Origin: Promethearchaeota archaeon
GTDB taxonomy: Archaea; Asgardarchaeota; Lokiarchaeia; Sigyniarchaeales; SOKP01
Assembly: GCA_011364925.1 (NCBI GenBank)
Contig: RDOA01000009.1
Location: 32,001 to 96,000, forward strand
Direction of reading: 5' to 3'
DNA: 64,000 nucleotides
Notes under the pieces: generated by a model
The model's database searches: none
What the model saw: the letters and a program-made list of their open reading frames with translations, nothing else
What the model was told of the DNA's origin: nothing
Position numbers and translations under genes: made by a program
Shown here: one piece after another, positions 10,044 through 20,143 of the stretch
Position numbering within the stretch: the first letter of the stretch is position 1
Layout of the letters: each line of letters begins with the position of its first letter

Positions 10044-11264
10044 ATGACAAATAATATTCTTCTGAAACAATACAATTTGGTTTTAATAAGATACGCAGAG
10101 ATTTGGCTTAAATCACAGAAAGTTAAAATCCGTATGCTGAATTATCTAATGAACAACATCAAGAATATACTAACGCGAAAAAGTATACCATTTAATAAGT
10201 ATCAGATAAGCAAAGATTCTTCAAGAGTTTTTTTCTTTTTTAATAATAAAGATATTCCAGACGCGATAAATGTAATAAAAAATACATTCGGAGTTCATTC
10301 TATTAGTCCAGCAATTAGAACATCAAACAACATCGAAAATATTACAGAAAGAACGATTGAGGTTGCACATGATGTGCTGGAAAAGAACGATTCTTTTGCA
10401 TTAAGGGTAAAGAGGTCTGGAAATCATACATATACTTCAATGGAAGTCGCTCAAATTGTTGGTAAAGCTATCTTAGATAAATTTTCTGATTTCAACCTAA
10501 AAGTTAATCTCACACAGCCCAAAAAACAAATCTTTATAGAAGTGAGAGGGGATTTTACATACATCTTTTCTCAAGTAATAAAGAGTAAATGGGGGGGGCT
10601 TCCAATAGAACCACAAAAAAAAATGTTTGTAATGGATGTCGGGAGACTTAACGATCTAATAGCAGGATTTTTGTTGTTAAGAAGGGGTGGAGAGATCTAT
10701 CCAATTTTAATTGATGTTAATGACAACAAAGCTCATGAGGAGATGTGGTTATCGAATTGGAAAGAAGTAAGTGAATATATCCCTTATAGTCGATTTCGTT
10801 TGATCAAAATCAATATTCACCATATTCTAAAGAAAATTGCTTCGGAATTGGAGTTTCTTCACTATATTTGTGGTATTTGTAGGTTAATTAGGTTTGAAAT
10901 TGTATCCAAAATTCTGAACAATCCGAGTTTTCATTTTCAGAATAAAATTAGAGCAAGTGTAGACGGGATTAGTTTGAATTGTTCGAGTCTTTGTCCTGAT
11001 TCAATTGACTTAGAATCTTTAGTACATAATAGTTTAATTTCGAATGTTCCAATATTTACACCGGCAATAGGCTTTAGTAATAGAACATTAGGTGAATTAG
11101 GAACGAAAATATCCCCCAAATTGAATGAATTTGACTATTGCCCTTTCACCCCAGAAAAACAAGAATTTAATGTGATTAAAATAAAGGAGATATACGATAG
11201 ATTGAAAATTGACAAAATAATTGAAGATAGCATAGCAGATAGGTTAGAATTAAAAATTTTATAA
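10044..11264 (+). CDS. ThiI-like THUMP-domain protein (tRNA 4-thiouridylase family) with degenerate PP-loop
   Basis: LIRYAEIWLKS, SFALRVKRSG, VNLTQP, GGLP; the SGGxDS position reads DVGRLND. Confidence 0.75.
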   Translation: MTNNILLKQYNLVLIRYAEIWLKSQKVKIRMLNYLMNNIKNILTRKSIPFNKYQISKDSSRVFFFFNNKDIPDAINVIKNTFGVHSISPAIRTSNNIENITERTIEVAHDVLEKNDSFALRVKRSGNHTYTSMEVAQIVGKAILDKFSDFNLKVNLTQPKKQIFIEVRGDFTYIFSQVIKSKWGGLPIEPQKKMFVMDVGRLNDLIAGFLLLRRGGEIYPILIDVNDNKAHEEMWLSNWKEVSEYIPYSRFRLIKINIHHILKKIASELEFLHYICGICRLIRFEIVSKILNNPSFHFQNKIRASVDGISLNCSSLCPDSIDLESLVHNSLISNVPIFTPAIGFSNRTLGELGTKISPKLNEFDYCPFTPEKQEFNVIKIKEIYDRLKIDKIIEDSIADRLELKIL

Positions 11265-11368
11265 GTGAATTATTTAGAAATTTATTATTTTTCATTATAA
11301 ATAAGCTTAAAAGTAAGTCTAATTTACTAAAATTGACTAAATTAGGAATAGAATTGGTGTAAAGTCTA

Positions 11369-11650
11369 ATGGTTAAAGTTGATTTGAATTTGTTAAACAT
11401 ATTCGTGCTACGAGTTAAGAAAAGTAAGATTCAATACGAGGGAGATACCGTAGGCGACATCATTTCCCAATTTCTTGCAGAATATAAAGATCTCTTAGAT
11501 GATAGTATTCTAACTAAAAATAAGAAGAAGTTAAATCCACAAATGGTAATTTTACTCAACGGTAGAAACATTACCTACATGAAAAATTATAAAACAAAAC
11601 TAAATGACGGAGATCAAATCTATTTATCTTTTCCTATATCGGGAGGTTAA
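11369..11650 (+). CDS. MoaD/ThiS/SAMP/Urm1-type ubiquitin-like sulfur carrier
   Basis: ILLNGRNI...TKLNDGD...PISGG C-terminal diglycine. Confidence 0.9.
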   Translation: MVKVDLNLLNIFVLRVKKSKIQYEGDTVGDIISQFLAEYKDLLDDSILTKNKKKLNPQMVILLNGRNITYMKNYKTKLNDGDQIYLSFPISGG

Positions 11651-11813
11651 TCTATTTATAGAACACAATAATAAAATTCGATATCGCTTTCAAAAATTCC
11701 CTAAAAAGTAATAATTTATTAATTCCTTCTACTATAAATATGTTGTAGGATTTTTTCCGACAATTTCTAAAAGAAAATTTTAAGATTTATTGCGTGGATT
11801 CTGGTAATAAAAG

Positions 11814-12746
11814 ATGAAGAAAATTGCTTTTATGGGGCTTGACTATGCGGGCAAGACCAGCATCATTACTGCGATCACAAAAAGGTTTGGTTTTGAAGAA
11901 GAAATATTGAATTTACTCCCTACCAGAAAAATTGCTCGAGATGCATTTAAATTCTTAGGTATCGAATTTACTCGTCTTGATTTCGGTGGCCAATTGCAAT
12001 ACAGAGAGGAATATCTGAAACATCCAACTAAGTACATTAGCGGAACCGATTTATTGTTCTACGTTATCGATGCTCAAGATTACGATAGATACGTTGAGAC
12101 TATAGATTATCTTGACCAAATTTTGCTTTTTCTAAAGGAGGATCAAGAATACCCTCCGTTGTGCATATTACTTCATAAATTCGATCCCGAACTAACTCGT
12201 GAAAAAGTAATAAATCAAAGAGTTTTAACAATTAAGCAAGCTCTTCTACGTTATAGTCATGATTTCGACATATTTTTCTTTGAGACTTCAATTTACGATA
12301 TAAAATCGATAATGGATGCTTTCTCCTCAGGTCTATCATTATTGTTTGACAAAATAGAGATGGTTTCTCGTTTGTTTTCTCGAATTAGCAAGAATTACAA
12401 CTCGATTTTGATGGCCCTCTTTGATTCTAAGGGGATAACAATAGGAGAATATTATAGGCCTCATTTACACTTAACGGAAAAAATTCGGATTTATGATAAA
12501 TACTTGGAAGTCCAAAAAAGAATTTTAACTGAAAACAGAAAGCGTTTGGAGTTTTCAGATAAATTTGATGATGGAAATAGATATTCAGGATTGGTAGAAG
12601 CGTTGAAGTTTGGAAATCTAGACTTTTATTTGCTTTTCATAATAGAAGAAGACGAAGAACATCTGGAAAAAACTATTGAAGTCTTAGACAAATTAGAATC
12701 AGCAAAAGCTCAAATGGAATCCATAATAATAGAATTAATTCAGTGA
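11814..12746 (+). CDS. Rag/Gtr-like small GTPase with C-terminal roadblock-like domain
   Basis: G1 GLDYAGKTS, G2 PT, G3 DFGGQ, G4 HKFD, G5 ETSIYD; C-terminal ILMALFDSKGITIGEY pattern. Confidence 0.85.
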   Translation: MKKIAFMGLDYAGKTSIITAITKRFGFEEEILNLLPTRKIARDAFKFLGIEFTRLDFGGQLQYREEYLKHPTKYISGTDLLFYVIDAQDYDRYVETIDYLDQILLFLKEDQEYPPLCILLHKFDPELTREKVINQRVLTIKQALLRYSHDFDIFFFETSIYDIKSIMDAFSSGLSLLFDKIEMVSRLFSRISKNYNSILMALFDSKGITIGEYYRPHLHLTEKIRIYDKYLEVQKRILTENRKRLEFSDKFDDGNRYSGLVEALKFGNLDFYLLFIIEEDEEHLEKTIEVLDKLESAKAQMESIIIELIQ

Positions 12747-12782
12747 AATGAGCATATTAATTTTACCTGAATCCTTAATTCA

Positions 12783-13031
12783 CTAAAAGGTCAATTGAAT
12801 TGTTATTGCTTCTTCACCCTTTAAATGAACTGGTCCAATTGTTTTCTTTGGAATTTTGGTAATTCCTCTCGTTATTATCTTTTTTACTACTTCTTTATTT
12901 AAATCATCAGGATTATATCTTATGAAATTAATTAATTGAGAGGAAATTTCCTCAATTGCTTTATCGTAAAGATTAGACTCAGAATATAATTCTTTATTCA
13001 ATTCGCTTAAGACAATAATTTTACCGAGCAT
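12783..13031 (-). CDS. Hypothetical protein
   Basis: 82-aa ORF that fills the gap downstream of the tRNA; no recognisable motif. Confidence 0.45.
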   Translation of the reverse strand: MLGKIIVLSELNKELYSESNLYDKAIEEISSQLINFIRYNPDDLNKEVVKKIITRGITKIPKKTIGPVHLKGEEAITIQLTF

Positions 13032-13066
13032 TTCAACATCCTATATTTCATTTAATTGGGTAATAG

Positions 13067-13171
13067 CGCAGATGGAGGGATTCGAACCCCCGAGCGCTTA
13101 CGCGCACCGGCTTTAACGGATATAAGGTAATACTCTCGAAGCCGGCGTCTTACCAGCTAGGCTACATCTGC
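13067..13171 (-). tRNA. tRNA-Ser(CGA) with 22-nt intron at 37/38 (13113-13134); CCA not encoded
   Basis: Acceptor GCAGATG/CATCTGC, anticodon stem CCGGC/GCCGG, CGA at 13138-13136, long variable arm GCGC-GTAA-GCGC, T-arm GGGGG TTCGAAT CCCTC, G73 discriminator. Confidence 0.9.
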
Positions 13172-13259
13172 TTTAAATAATGTACGTAATTAGGATTAGT
13201 TAAAAGGAATATAAATTTTTTTCTAAAACCTTTATTTATCGATTATAATAGTATAAAAA

Positions 13260-13559
13260 CTAAGAGTTTGGAACATAAATCTTTAACTTTAATCCAGGAT
13301 CTAATAATTTTATTAAACCTTCTTCTTCGTATTGCTTCAATAACAATTTAACCGTTGAGATTCTTAAGTCATACCTCAATGCCATATCAGATGCCAGTAT
13401 GGACTTCCTTTTAGGAAGGGATTCTCGGATCTCTTTCTCTATAGCAATAGGAATAAACGCATCTCTTTCTACAATACTAATCTGTTTTGTTCTACCGTAC
13501 TTCCTTCTTAAATTAAGAGTAGCTTTTCGGACTAATAACTTCTCTTCTTTTTCAGACAT
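13260..13559 (-). CDS. rps25e: Ribosomal protein eS25 (S25e)
   Basis: Basic 99-aa winged-helix protein; ASDMALRYDLRISTVKLLLKQYEEEGLIK...KIYVP matches the S25e pattern. Confidence 0.75.
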   Translation of the reverse strand: MSEKEEKLLVRKATLNLRRKYGRTKQISIVERDAFIPIAIEKEIRESLPKRKSILASDMALRYDLRISTVKLLLKQYEEEGLIKLLDPGLKLKIYVPNS

Positions 13560-13712
13560 AGTTCCACCATTAAAATAACGAAATGTTAAAAATTAAAGCT
13601 CTAATCAAATTATTAAATATTTAAATTTTAATAAAATTTGCGATTTACAAAACGAATTAAGAAAGCTATTTTCAGATTAATTCATTGATCATATCAATTA
13701 GGGATATCCAAT

Positions 13713-14345
13713 TTGAACAACGATTATTTTTTTGATGTCAAAAAAAAACGACCTGAAGAATTATTTGAGAGCGTGTTAGATTATTTTAAAGATGAAACCC
13801 TCTTTAATTATGCCACATCTAAATCAATTATGCGTACCCAAAGAAAGATAACATTAAGAACGCTAGAATTGTTAGAGCTTAAAAATAATCAACATTTAAT
13901 TCTTGATGCTGGTTGTGGTCCTGGATTTGTAGCGATGTACTTGGATGAATTAGGCTATAAAACAATTGCTTTAGACTTAATACTGAACTTCCTTAAATTT
14001 TATGAAATTCAAGATTTAAATCCTGTACTTGCTGACATGTGTTATCCTCCATTTCAGCCAGATGTCTTCGATGCCATTATTTCTATTTCAGCTTTACAAT
14101 GGATTTATATACATCTTAATCTAAAGAAAAAGAGAGAGGATTTAATTAATCTTTTTAAAATGTTTTATACGATTCTGAAGCCCAAAGGAAAAGCAGTCTT
14201 TCAATTTTATCCAAAAGATAAAATGGTAATGGATAATATTGGAGATTTGATATCTAAAAACACAAAATTTAACGGAAATTTTGTGATTGACAATCCTAAT
14301 AGCCCTAAAAAAAGAAAGATTTATTTACTCTTAAAAAAAGAGTAA
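13713..14345 (+). CDS. SAM-dependent methyltransferase, Bud23/WBSCR22-like
   Basis: RPEE, Q..IT.R.LELL, ILDAGCGPG, FDAIISISALQW, AVFQFYP, VIDNPNSPKKRKIYLLL. Confidence 0.8.
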   Translation: MNNDYFFDVKKKRPEELFESVLDYFKDETLFNYATSKSIMRTQRKITLRTLELLELKNNQHLILDAGCGPGFVAMYLDELGYKTIALDLILNFLKFYEIQDLNPVLADMCYPPFQPDVFDAIISISALQWIYIHLNLKKKREDLINLFKMFYTILKPKGKAVFQFYPKDKMVMDNIGDLISKNTKFNGNFVIDNPNSPKKRKIYLLLKKE

Positions 14346-14518
14346 TAATAAAATAGTTTATCATCATAATACATACAACTTTAGCATTTAGGATAGCATA
14401 AGATTTTAATTAAGTATTTTTATAAATTTGTTAAAAATCTCAATATTCTAAAAATTTGCTTTAAACAGGATTTTGATAACCTTTATTAAAGTAGCTTTAT
14501 AGGAGGTACGTTTTAAAT

Positions 14519-15631
14519 ATGCCTGTGGGTTTAGTGGTTATGAAATGGGATGATCGTGTTGGGACAGAGATTTTAACTAAGTATCCCGAAGAATTGGCGA
14601 TAACCGATAAAACATTGATGCAAGTATATAGTACGCACGAGTACAGCGGAGAATCAGGGATGATTAGCTTAATGGTTGGATCTCTAAATATCGCATCATA
14701 TTACACTGGACCAGATAAAGGCTACTACTTACTGCTATTATTGAATATAGATGATGATCCCGATACATATGAGGGAGGATTAATCACAGCTTCTAGGACT
14801 GTTTTAGAAAACCTTGAAAACGATGCATACAAACAAATGATTCCCTTTCTTTATAGGAGACTTTCCGTATTCCCGACTTTAACTAATGAACAACAACTTG
14901 CAGAATTTTATCAAGATGAAGTAAAACGTTTGATTTTAGACCGTTTGCGAGAAGAAGGCACAGTTTCTAAATCAGAATTAACAATTTGGCTTAAAGATAG
15001 ATACAAACATGGATTCGTAGATTTAGAAGGTGCTATTTTAGAACTCATTAAAAAAGATATCGTTAAGGAATCATCAGTGAAAGGAATACCTTCTGAGTTA
15101 CTCTTTCTGACGAATGATCTATTGGTGATGAGAATTCCTGCAACAGTTCTTTATAAATCACCTAGTGATAGAGGTTTACCTTCCCAATTTAGTAAAGATT
15201 ATTTAACGGAAACAAGGAATTATTTTCAGAAGTACCATCCTTCTGAGGAGGATAACCTTAGAATAGCGCAAATGTTCAGTGATCCTCAGGCATATGAAGT
15301 CTTGAGATTATTGAGAACTGCAATTGTAACAAAGAACGATCTTGAAAAATTGAAGAAGAAAGGAGTTGAAGACATTGATAATATTCTGAGATTACTTTGG
15401 GAAAATCAGATGATTCTGGTTTTTAGAGACGATAAAAATACTGAATATTATGCTCTTCTTACGGATTTTCTTATACAATTAATTTTCCCTAAATATTTAT
15501 TAAATGTAATTAAATCTGAATACGATACTAAATCAAAAGCAGAGCATGTTTTAATAGAATACCTTAATGTTCTTGAAGACACCTATTTAGGTTTAAAATC
15601 GATTGTTAAATCAAGAAAAAAAGCTAAATAG
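14519..15631 (+). CDS. Longin/uDENN-like N-terminal domain plus tandem winged-helix protein, paralog 1
   Basis: GLVVMKWDDRVGTEILTKYPE N-terminus; two wHTH-like segments; AGGAGGT SD upstream. Confidence 0.65.
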   Translation: MPVGLVVMKWDDRVGTEILTKYPEELAITDKTLMQVYSTHEYSGESGMISLMVGSLNIASYYTGPDKGYYLLLLLNIDDDPDTYEGGLITASRTVLENLENDAYKQMIPFLYRRLSVFPTLTNEQQLAEFYQDEVKRLILDRLREEGTVSKSELTIWLKDRYKHGFVDLEGAILELIKKDIVKESSVKGIPSELLFLTNDLLVMRIPATVLYKSPSDRGLPSQFSKDYLTETRNYFQKYHPSEEDNLRIAQMFSDPQAYEVLRLLRTAIVTKNDLEKLKKKGVEDIDNILRLLWENQMILVFRDDKNTEYYALLTDFLIQLIFPKYLLNVIKSEYDTKSKAEHVLIEYLNVLEDTYLGLKSIVKSRKKAK

Positions 15632-15835
15632 GAATGGCTATTCGTTCCTTATTATATTTCTTCTAATTTTGGAAATTTTCAAATTGATTTTTAGGTTTAA
15701 AAACGAATAATTGCTTATATTAGGTTTATTAAGATTCTTTTTACTAATAATTAAATATGCAAAAAGGTACTTATAAAGTTAAAAAGTTCTTATTTTAAAG
15801 CATATCTAAAAAAAAACATAAATAGGTAAATGTAA

Positions 15836-18800
15836 ATGAATGTTAGAAAAAAACAAAAATTCAAAATGACACTGGTTTTACTTACGATCTTAATTCCAAC
15901 TGCTACATTTTCTATGATTTTATTTAATCAAGGAAATTATGGCGACAAAAATAATATGATATCTGATGGAGCGGAAAATCCGTTTGATAGGGAAGGAGGA
16001 GATAACTATTATCCCAGAACTTCCGAAATCACTCATTTGAATGACAAATATGATTTATCTATCTGGTGGAATAAGACTTATAGGTTCAGAATTGGTTTTG
16101 TTTTAGAAGAAACTGAAGGAATTGATCGCTATCAACCTGTTGATGTGTTTTTTACATTCAGAGAGGATGAACATTATGAAAACACTGAAAGACTCGTTAG
16201 CTTTAACGCAACGGGAAACGATGAGTGGAGCGATCCATTACCGTTGCAAATGTGGAACATAACTAAATATCCCGCGACGAATTTTATAGAATCCTGTACA
16301 GTAACATTTCTCGCAAATGTTTCAGCTAATACAAACAAAACGTATTTTCTTTATTACAATGAAAATAATGCGGGAATTGAACAAATTGTATATAATACTG
16401 GTTTCACAAGCGAGAAATCGGGGTTGACTCTAACTGTAACAGTAGGAACTGACTATCAAGTGGTCCTAAAGCAAGGATTAGCGTCAACGCAGTTAATAAG
16501 AGAAGGATTAAATTATCACCAAGATGAGTCTTTAGCTCCAGAAAAGCAATTATCAGATCCAAGCTTGAAATTTTTGGCTCATTTTGAGAATTCAGTTTCT
16601 GATTCGTCAGGGAACGAACCAGATGGAACTATCAATGGTGATCCTCAATATATAACGGGAATAGTACAATATGGAATGGATTTTGACGGAAATGATTTTG
16701 TAAGTTATGCTAATGGCCTTGAAAGCATAGGAGATCCACTAAACGGCCTTAGCAACGAATTTACGGTATGTTTTTGGATTAACCCCGATGATTTATCAGG
16801 TGGAGCAACTAATCACCAAACTGAGAATGTAGTGGCAGCTAAAGCTAGTGATTCATACAATGATAACTTTGAATTGGGAGTGAACAACGAAGGAAACATC
16901 CATGTTTATCTTGATACCGAGACCAGAGATACCTTTGCTGATTTTGCCCCCGCTGGAACAATTACTACTACAGGTGGGTGGTATTTTGTCGCTTTTAGAT
17001 ATCAACAGGGGATTGCTGAAGTAAGGATTGTTCAAATAAACAATCCAAGCAATCCAAATAATGATATCTGGTGGTCAATGCCTAATTGGAATGGAGCAGA
17101 CGATCTTGATGAAGCTGATGGTAGTCCGTTCACTATTGGAGCTTCTGAGCACATAGATCAATTTTTCAAAGGCGCAATTGACGAGTTTGCCGTTTACAAT
17201 ATATATCTTTCTGATCAAGAAGTTGAAGATTTTAAATACGGTTCAATGCCCTCTTCGATTCAATCAATAACAGAATTAGAGAATGGTCCCGTATTTTCCA
17301 GCTATGACGTTAAATGGACAACTACGTTTGATATGCATATTGAAGATACTTGTACATTTTACTACGATTATGAACTATGGAATCTAGAACGAAGTATTTA
17401 CTTTGAAAACGAATTCAACTACACGATTGATAGAATGTTTGCTTTAAATACAAATTATAATTTTACGGTAGTTGATGATCACGAGGACTTGTTATACATC
17501 TACGATGGTATTATCCAAAAAGACATAACTTCCGCGGGATTTGTTGCTGAAAATTATACTATTGTTCATAACGCTCCAGATGCATCTAAAGATGCAATAG
17601 GAGTGTTCATTGAAGGATATGAATTATCTGATCCCGCCCATACATCGATATCGTACCTTAAAGGTGATGTAATTTACGATAATGGTGATGTTGAGTTTAT
17701 ACCCGGTTCATTAAACGATTTTGATAATAGCGTTGGGAACGAATCCTATCAACTAAAGATCAATTTCTGGGAATTGGCAGGAAGTGTTAATAAATCAGGA
17801 AATTTAGATAATACTGGCATGATCCAATATTTTGACGACACATTGTTATCCTTACGGGAAGAAGTAGACGTTTTTATTTATCAACAGGATAGCCTTTTCT
17901 ACAGCATCGACGTAAATGTGACTGATATTGATGGAAAATTAGTTCCAGACGCGACAGTAACCGTTTGGAATGCATCTGATTATACTACCTTCTGGACTCA
18001 AGACACAGATGCGTTTGGTCGTACTATTTTTAATCGATTTGAAAACGGACTTTATGTAGTAAATGTGTCTTACGTAAGATATGGCCAAACTCTTAGCATC
18101 ACAAATCCACAAGTTATTGAACTTAATGAAACTAATGTAGATACGTTTGGAGTATATTACCTTAGCTTTACTAATGTAAAGTTAACTTCTTTAGAGTTAA
18201 AGTTTCAGCGAGAAGATATGGGTACGATTCAAGAGGACGTAGTCGGTGCTAACATCACTTTTTCGATTGACGACGGTTCTGGATCAGTTATATTAGGATA
18301 TGAACTTACTAACTCCACTGGTGTTACTATATTTAGATGGGCTAATCTGACAGATGCTAATAGTGGAAATGTGAGTCTTACGGTTAATTGGCACGGCGAG
18401 AATTATGAAGATTTAGCTTGTGCTGATGATCTAAACCCTTCAGATATCGCTAGTATAACTTTACCCTTTTATCAATATCTCTATTCCGTTATAAATGTAT
18501 CTACTGGAAATACTTATCAATCTTTCCTAACAGTCAATGAAAGTGGAACAATAGATGTGATGTTAGGAGACCCATTGAGTCTTTGGGTAAATTACACTCA
18601 ACAAAAGAATTTGGATCCAATAACTCCAATTGAAGGTGGAACTGTAAGCTATAATATAAAAATCGGTACGCTACAAATTAATTCAGGAACACTCACATTT
18701 TCTGAAACGGGAAATGGTGTCTACAGTCTTTATATCGATACTTCAAATCCTGTAGAACCTGCTGGTGCGAATTGGTTATCCAGTGAGACATATACAATGG

Positions 18801-20143
18801 AAATAACTGCTTCTAAACCAGGATATACTACAATCCAAACATCGATCACTTTTACACTTTTGGATAAATTGACAGCTTTAAGTGCAAGTGATCCCACGCC
18901 TCAAGTTTATTACAACGATCCCATATCTTTCAATGTACATTATACAGATGTTTATGCTGAACCTGACCAAGATATCGATGGTGCTACAGTTCAATTTGTT
19001 GCAATTGGAGTTACGGGTGTTAATGGATATTTAACACCGTTAGGATCTGGTCTATACTCCTTTAATCTTGATAGTTCGGTTTTTCCGACTCACGGAGATT
19101 ATATATTGCAAATTACTGCTTTTAAGCAGAATTACGAAACTCAAACGATTTATCTTCCGCTCTCAATAGAAAAGATAAATACAAGACTTAACGATTCCGC
19201 TGCAATATATGATACTTACAATGTTTTTATAGGCGTTGAAAAGATTTTTTACTTTGAGTATACAGTTGAATCGTCAGGAATAGGATTATCAGGTGTTTCT
19301 CTAAGTGAATGCGCATGGGAAAAAGCAGTCAGCGGAGTCGTTGTAGATAGCGGTGTGGCTTCTTTAAATAGTATGGGTAATGGAATGTATTCGTTAGATT
19401 TAAACACTGAAAACTTAGAAATCGCGACCTATACTCTCATAATAAGATTAGGGGAAAATAACTATGTCGAAAGAGATGCAATCATATTCTTGAATATAAT
19501 TCCTAGAGATATTCATGTAGATGTGGATGATTTAATATCAGTAGTTTCTGGTAATAAACTGTCAATTGATATTTCGATATTTGATGCCATTGATAATTCA
19601 CCTTTACAAAATGCGGAAGTAATTTTAGAATTGAACAATGTAACTTATGGCTACTTTGATGATATTGGTGGTGGCACTTACTCAATAACTATTCCTGATT
19701 CCGATCTTATTGATGCTTTTATCGCTAATGTATTCATACAAGCTAATATAATCGTGAATAAAGTTAACTATAGTCAAACAACCAAATCATTTGCAATAGA
19801 AGTAAAAATGACAGAGATTTTCCCAGGCTTTCCAATGTTTTACTTTCTAATGTTGATTGGTGCCGTTGTTGCTGTGGTTGCTGCTCTTGTTATATCTCGT
19901 CAAGTGCGTAGAGCTAGGATACCCACATTTGTCAAGAAGGCAAGAGAGATGACTAAAAACATAAAAGGAAGGAAAGGCATATCAGATTCGCTTTTATATC
20001 CATCTAAAGAAGAATACATTGTTAAAAAACTAGGAGATAAGTGGGAATTGCTTGATTTGTCTTTGGTAGATATTCTAGGTGTCAGCACAAAGAAGAAAAA
20101 GAACTTGCCAGAACCAACTGAATTTGAGGGAGGTGGATTATAG
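15836..20143 (+). CDS. Giant membrane-anchored surface protein (LamG/ConA-like domain, Ig-like repeats, C-terminal TM and cytoplasmic tail)
   Basis: N-terminal hydrophobic segment; HFENSVSDSSGN...FDGND...FKGAIDEFAVYN LamG motifs; repeated G.G.YS...DT...Y...I.A.K..Y units; many NxS/T sites; TM FYFLMLIGAVVAVVAALVI. Confidence 0.85.
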   Translation: MNVRKKQKFKMTLVLLTILIPTATFSMILFNQGNYGDKNNMISDGAENPFDREGGDNYYPRTSEITHLNDKYDLSIWWNKTYRFRIGFVLEETEGIDRYQPVDVFFTFREDEHYENTERLVSFNATGNDEWSDPLPLQMWNITKYPATNFIESCTVTFLANVSANTNKTYFLYYNENNAGIEQIVYNTGFTSEKSGLTLTVTVGTDYQVVLKQGLASTQLIREGLNYHQDESLAPEKQLSDPSLKFLAHFENSVSDSSGNEPDGTINGDPQYITGIVQYGMDFDGNDFVSYANGLESIGDPLNGLSNEFTVCFWINPDDLSGGATNHQTENVVAAKASDSYNDNFELGVNNEGNIHVYLDTETRDTFADFAPAGTITTTGGWYFVAFRYQQGIAEVRIVQINNPSNPNNDIWWSMPNWNGADDLDEADGSPFTIGASEHIDQFFKGAIDEFAVYNIYLSDQEVEDFKYGSMPSSIQSITELENGPVFSSYDVKWTTTFDMHIEDTCTFYYDYELWNLERSIYFENEFNYTIDRMFALNTNYNFTVVDDHEDLLYIYDGIIQKDITSAGFVAENYTIVHNAPDASKDAIGVFIEGYELSDPAHTSISYLKGDVIYDNGDVEFIPGSLNDFDNSVGNESYQLKINFWELAGSVNKSGNLDNTGMIQYFDDTLLSLREEVDVFIYQQDSLFYSIDVNVTDIDGKLVPDATVTVWNASDYTTFWTQDTDAFGRTIFNRFENGLYVVNVSYVRYGQTLSITNPQVIELNETNVDTFGVYYLSFTNVKLTSLELKFQREDMGTIQEDVVGANITFSIDDGSGSVILGYELTNSTGVTIFRWANLTDANSGNVSLTVNWHGENYEDLACADDLNPSDIASITLPFYQYLYSVINVSTGNTYQSFLTVNESGTIDVMLGDPLSLWVNYTQQKNLDPITPIEGGTVSYNIKIGTLQINSGTLTFSETGNGVYSLYIDTSNPVEPAGANWLSSETYTMEITASKPGYTTIQTSITFTLLDKLTALSASDPTPQVYYNDPISFNVHYTDVYAEPDQDIDGATVQFVAIGVTGVNGYLTPLGSGLYSFNLDSSVFPTHGDYILQITAFKQNYETQTIYLPLSIEKINTRLNDSAAIYDTYNVFIGVEKIFYFEYTVESSGIGLSGVSLSECAWEKAVSGVVVDSGVASLNSMGNGMYSLDLNTENLEIATYTLIIRLGENNYVERDAIIFLNIIPRDIHVDVDDLISVVSGNKLSIDISIFDAIDNSPLQNAEVILELNNVTYGYFDDIGGGTYSITIPDSDLIDAFIANVFIQANIIVNKVNYSQTTKSFAIEVKMTEIFPGFPMFYFLMLIGAVVAVVAALVISRQVRRARIPTFVKKAREMTKNIKGRKGISDSLLYPSKEEYIVKKLGDKWELLDLSLVDILGVSTKKKKNLPEPTEFEGGGL

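Noticed and set aside
13113-13140. Alternative intron registers giving CTA or TTA (suppressor) anticodons, or tRNA-Sec
   Set aside because: The canonical 37/38 intron gives a normal Ser(CGA) with G73, a long variable arm and a 7-bp acceptor; there is no TCA anticodon
19813-19900. PGF motif before the C-terminal TM helix as an archaeosortase (PGF-CTERM) signal
   Set aside because: It is followed by a long cytoplasmic tail rather than a few terminal basic residues
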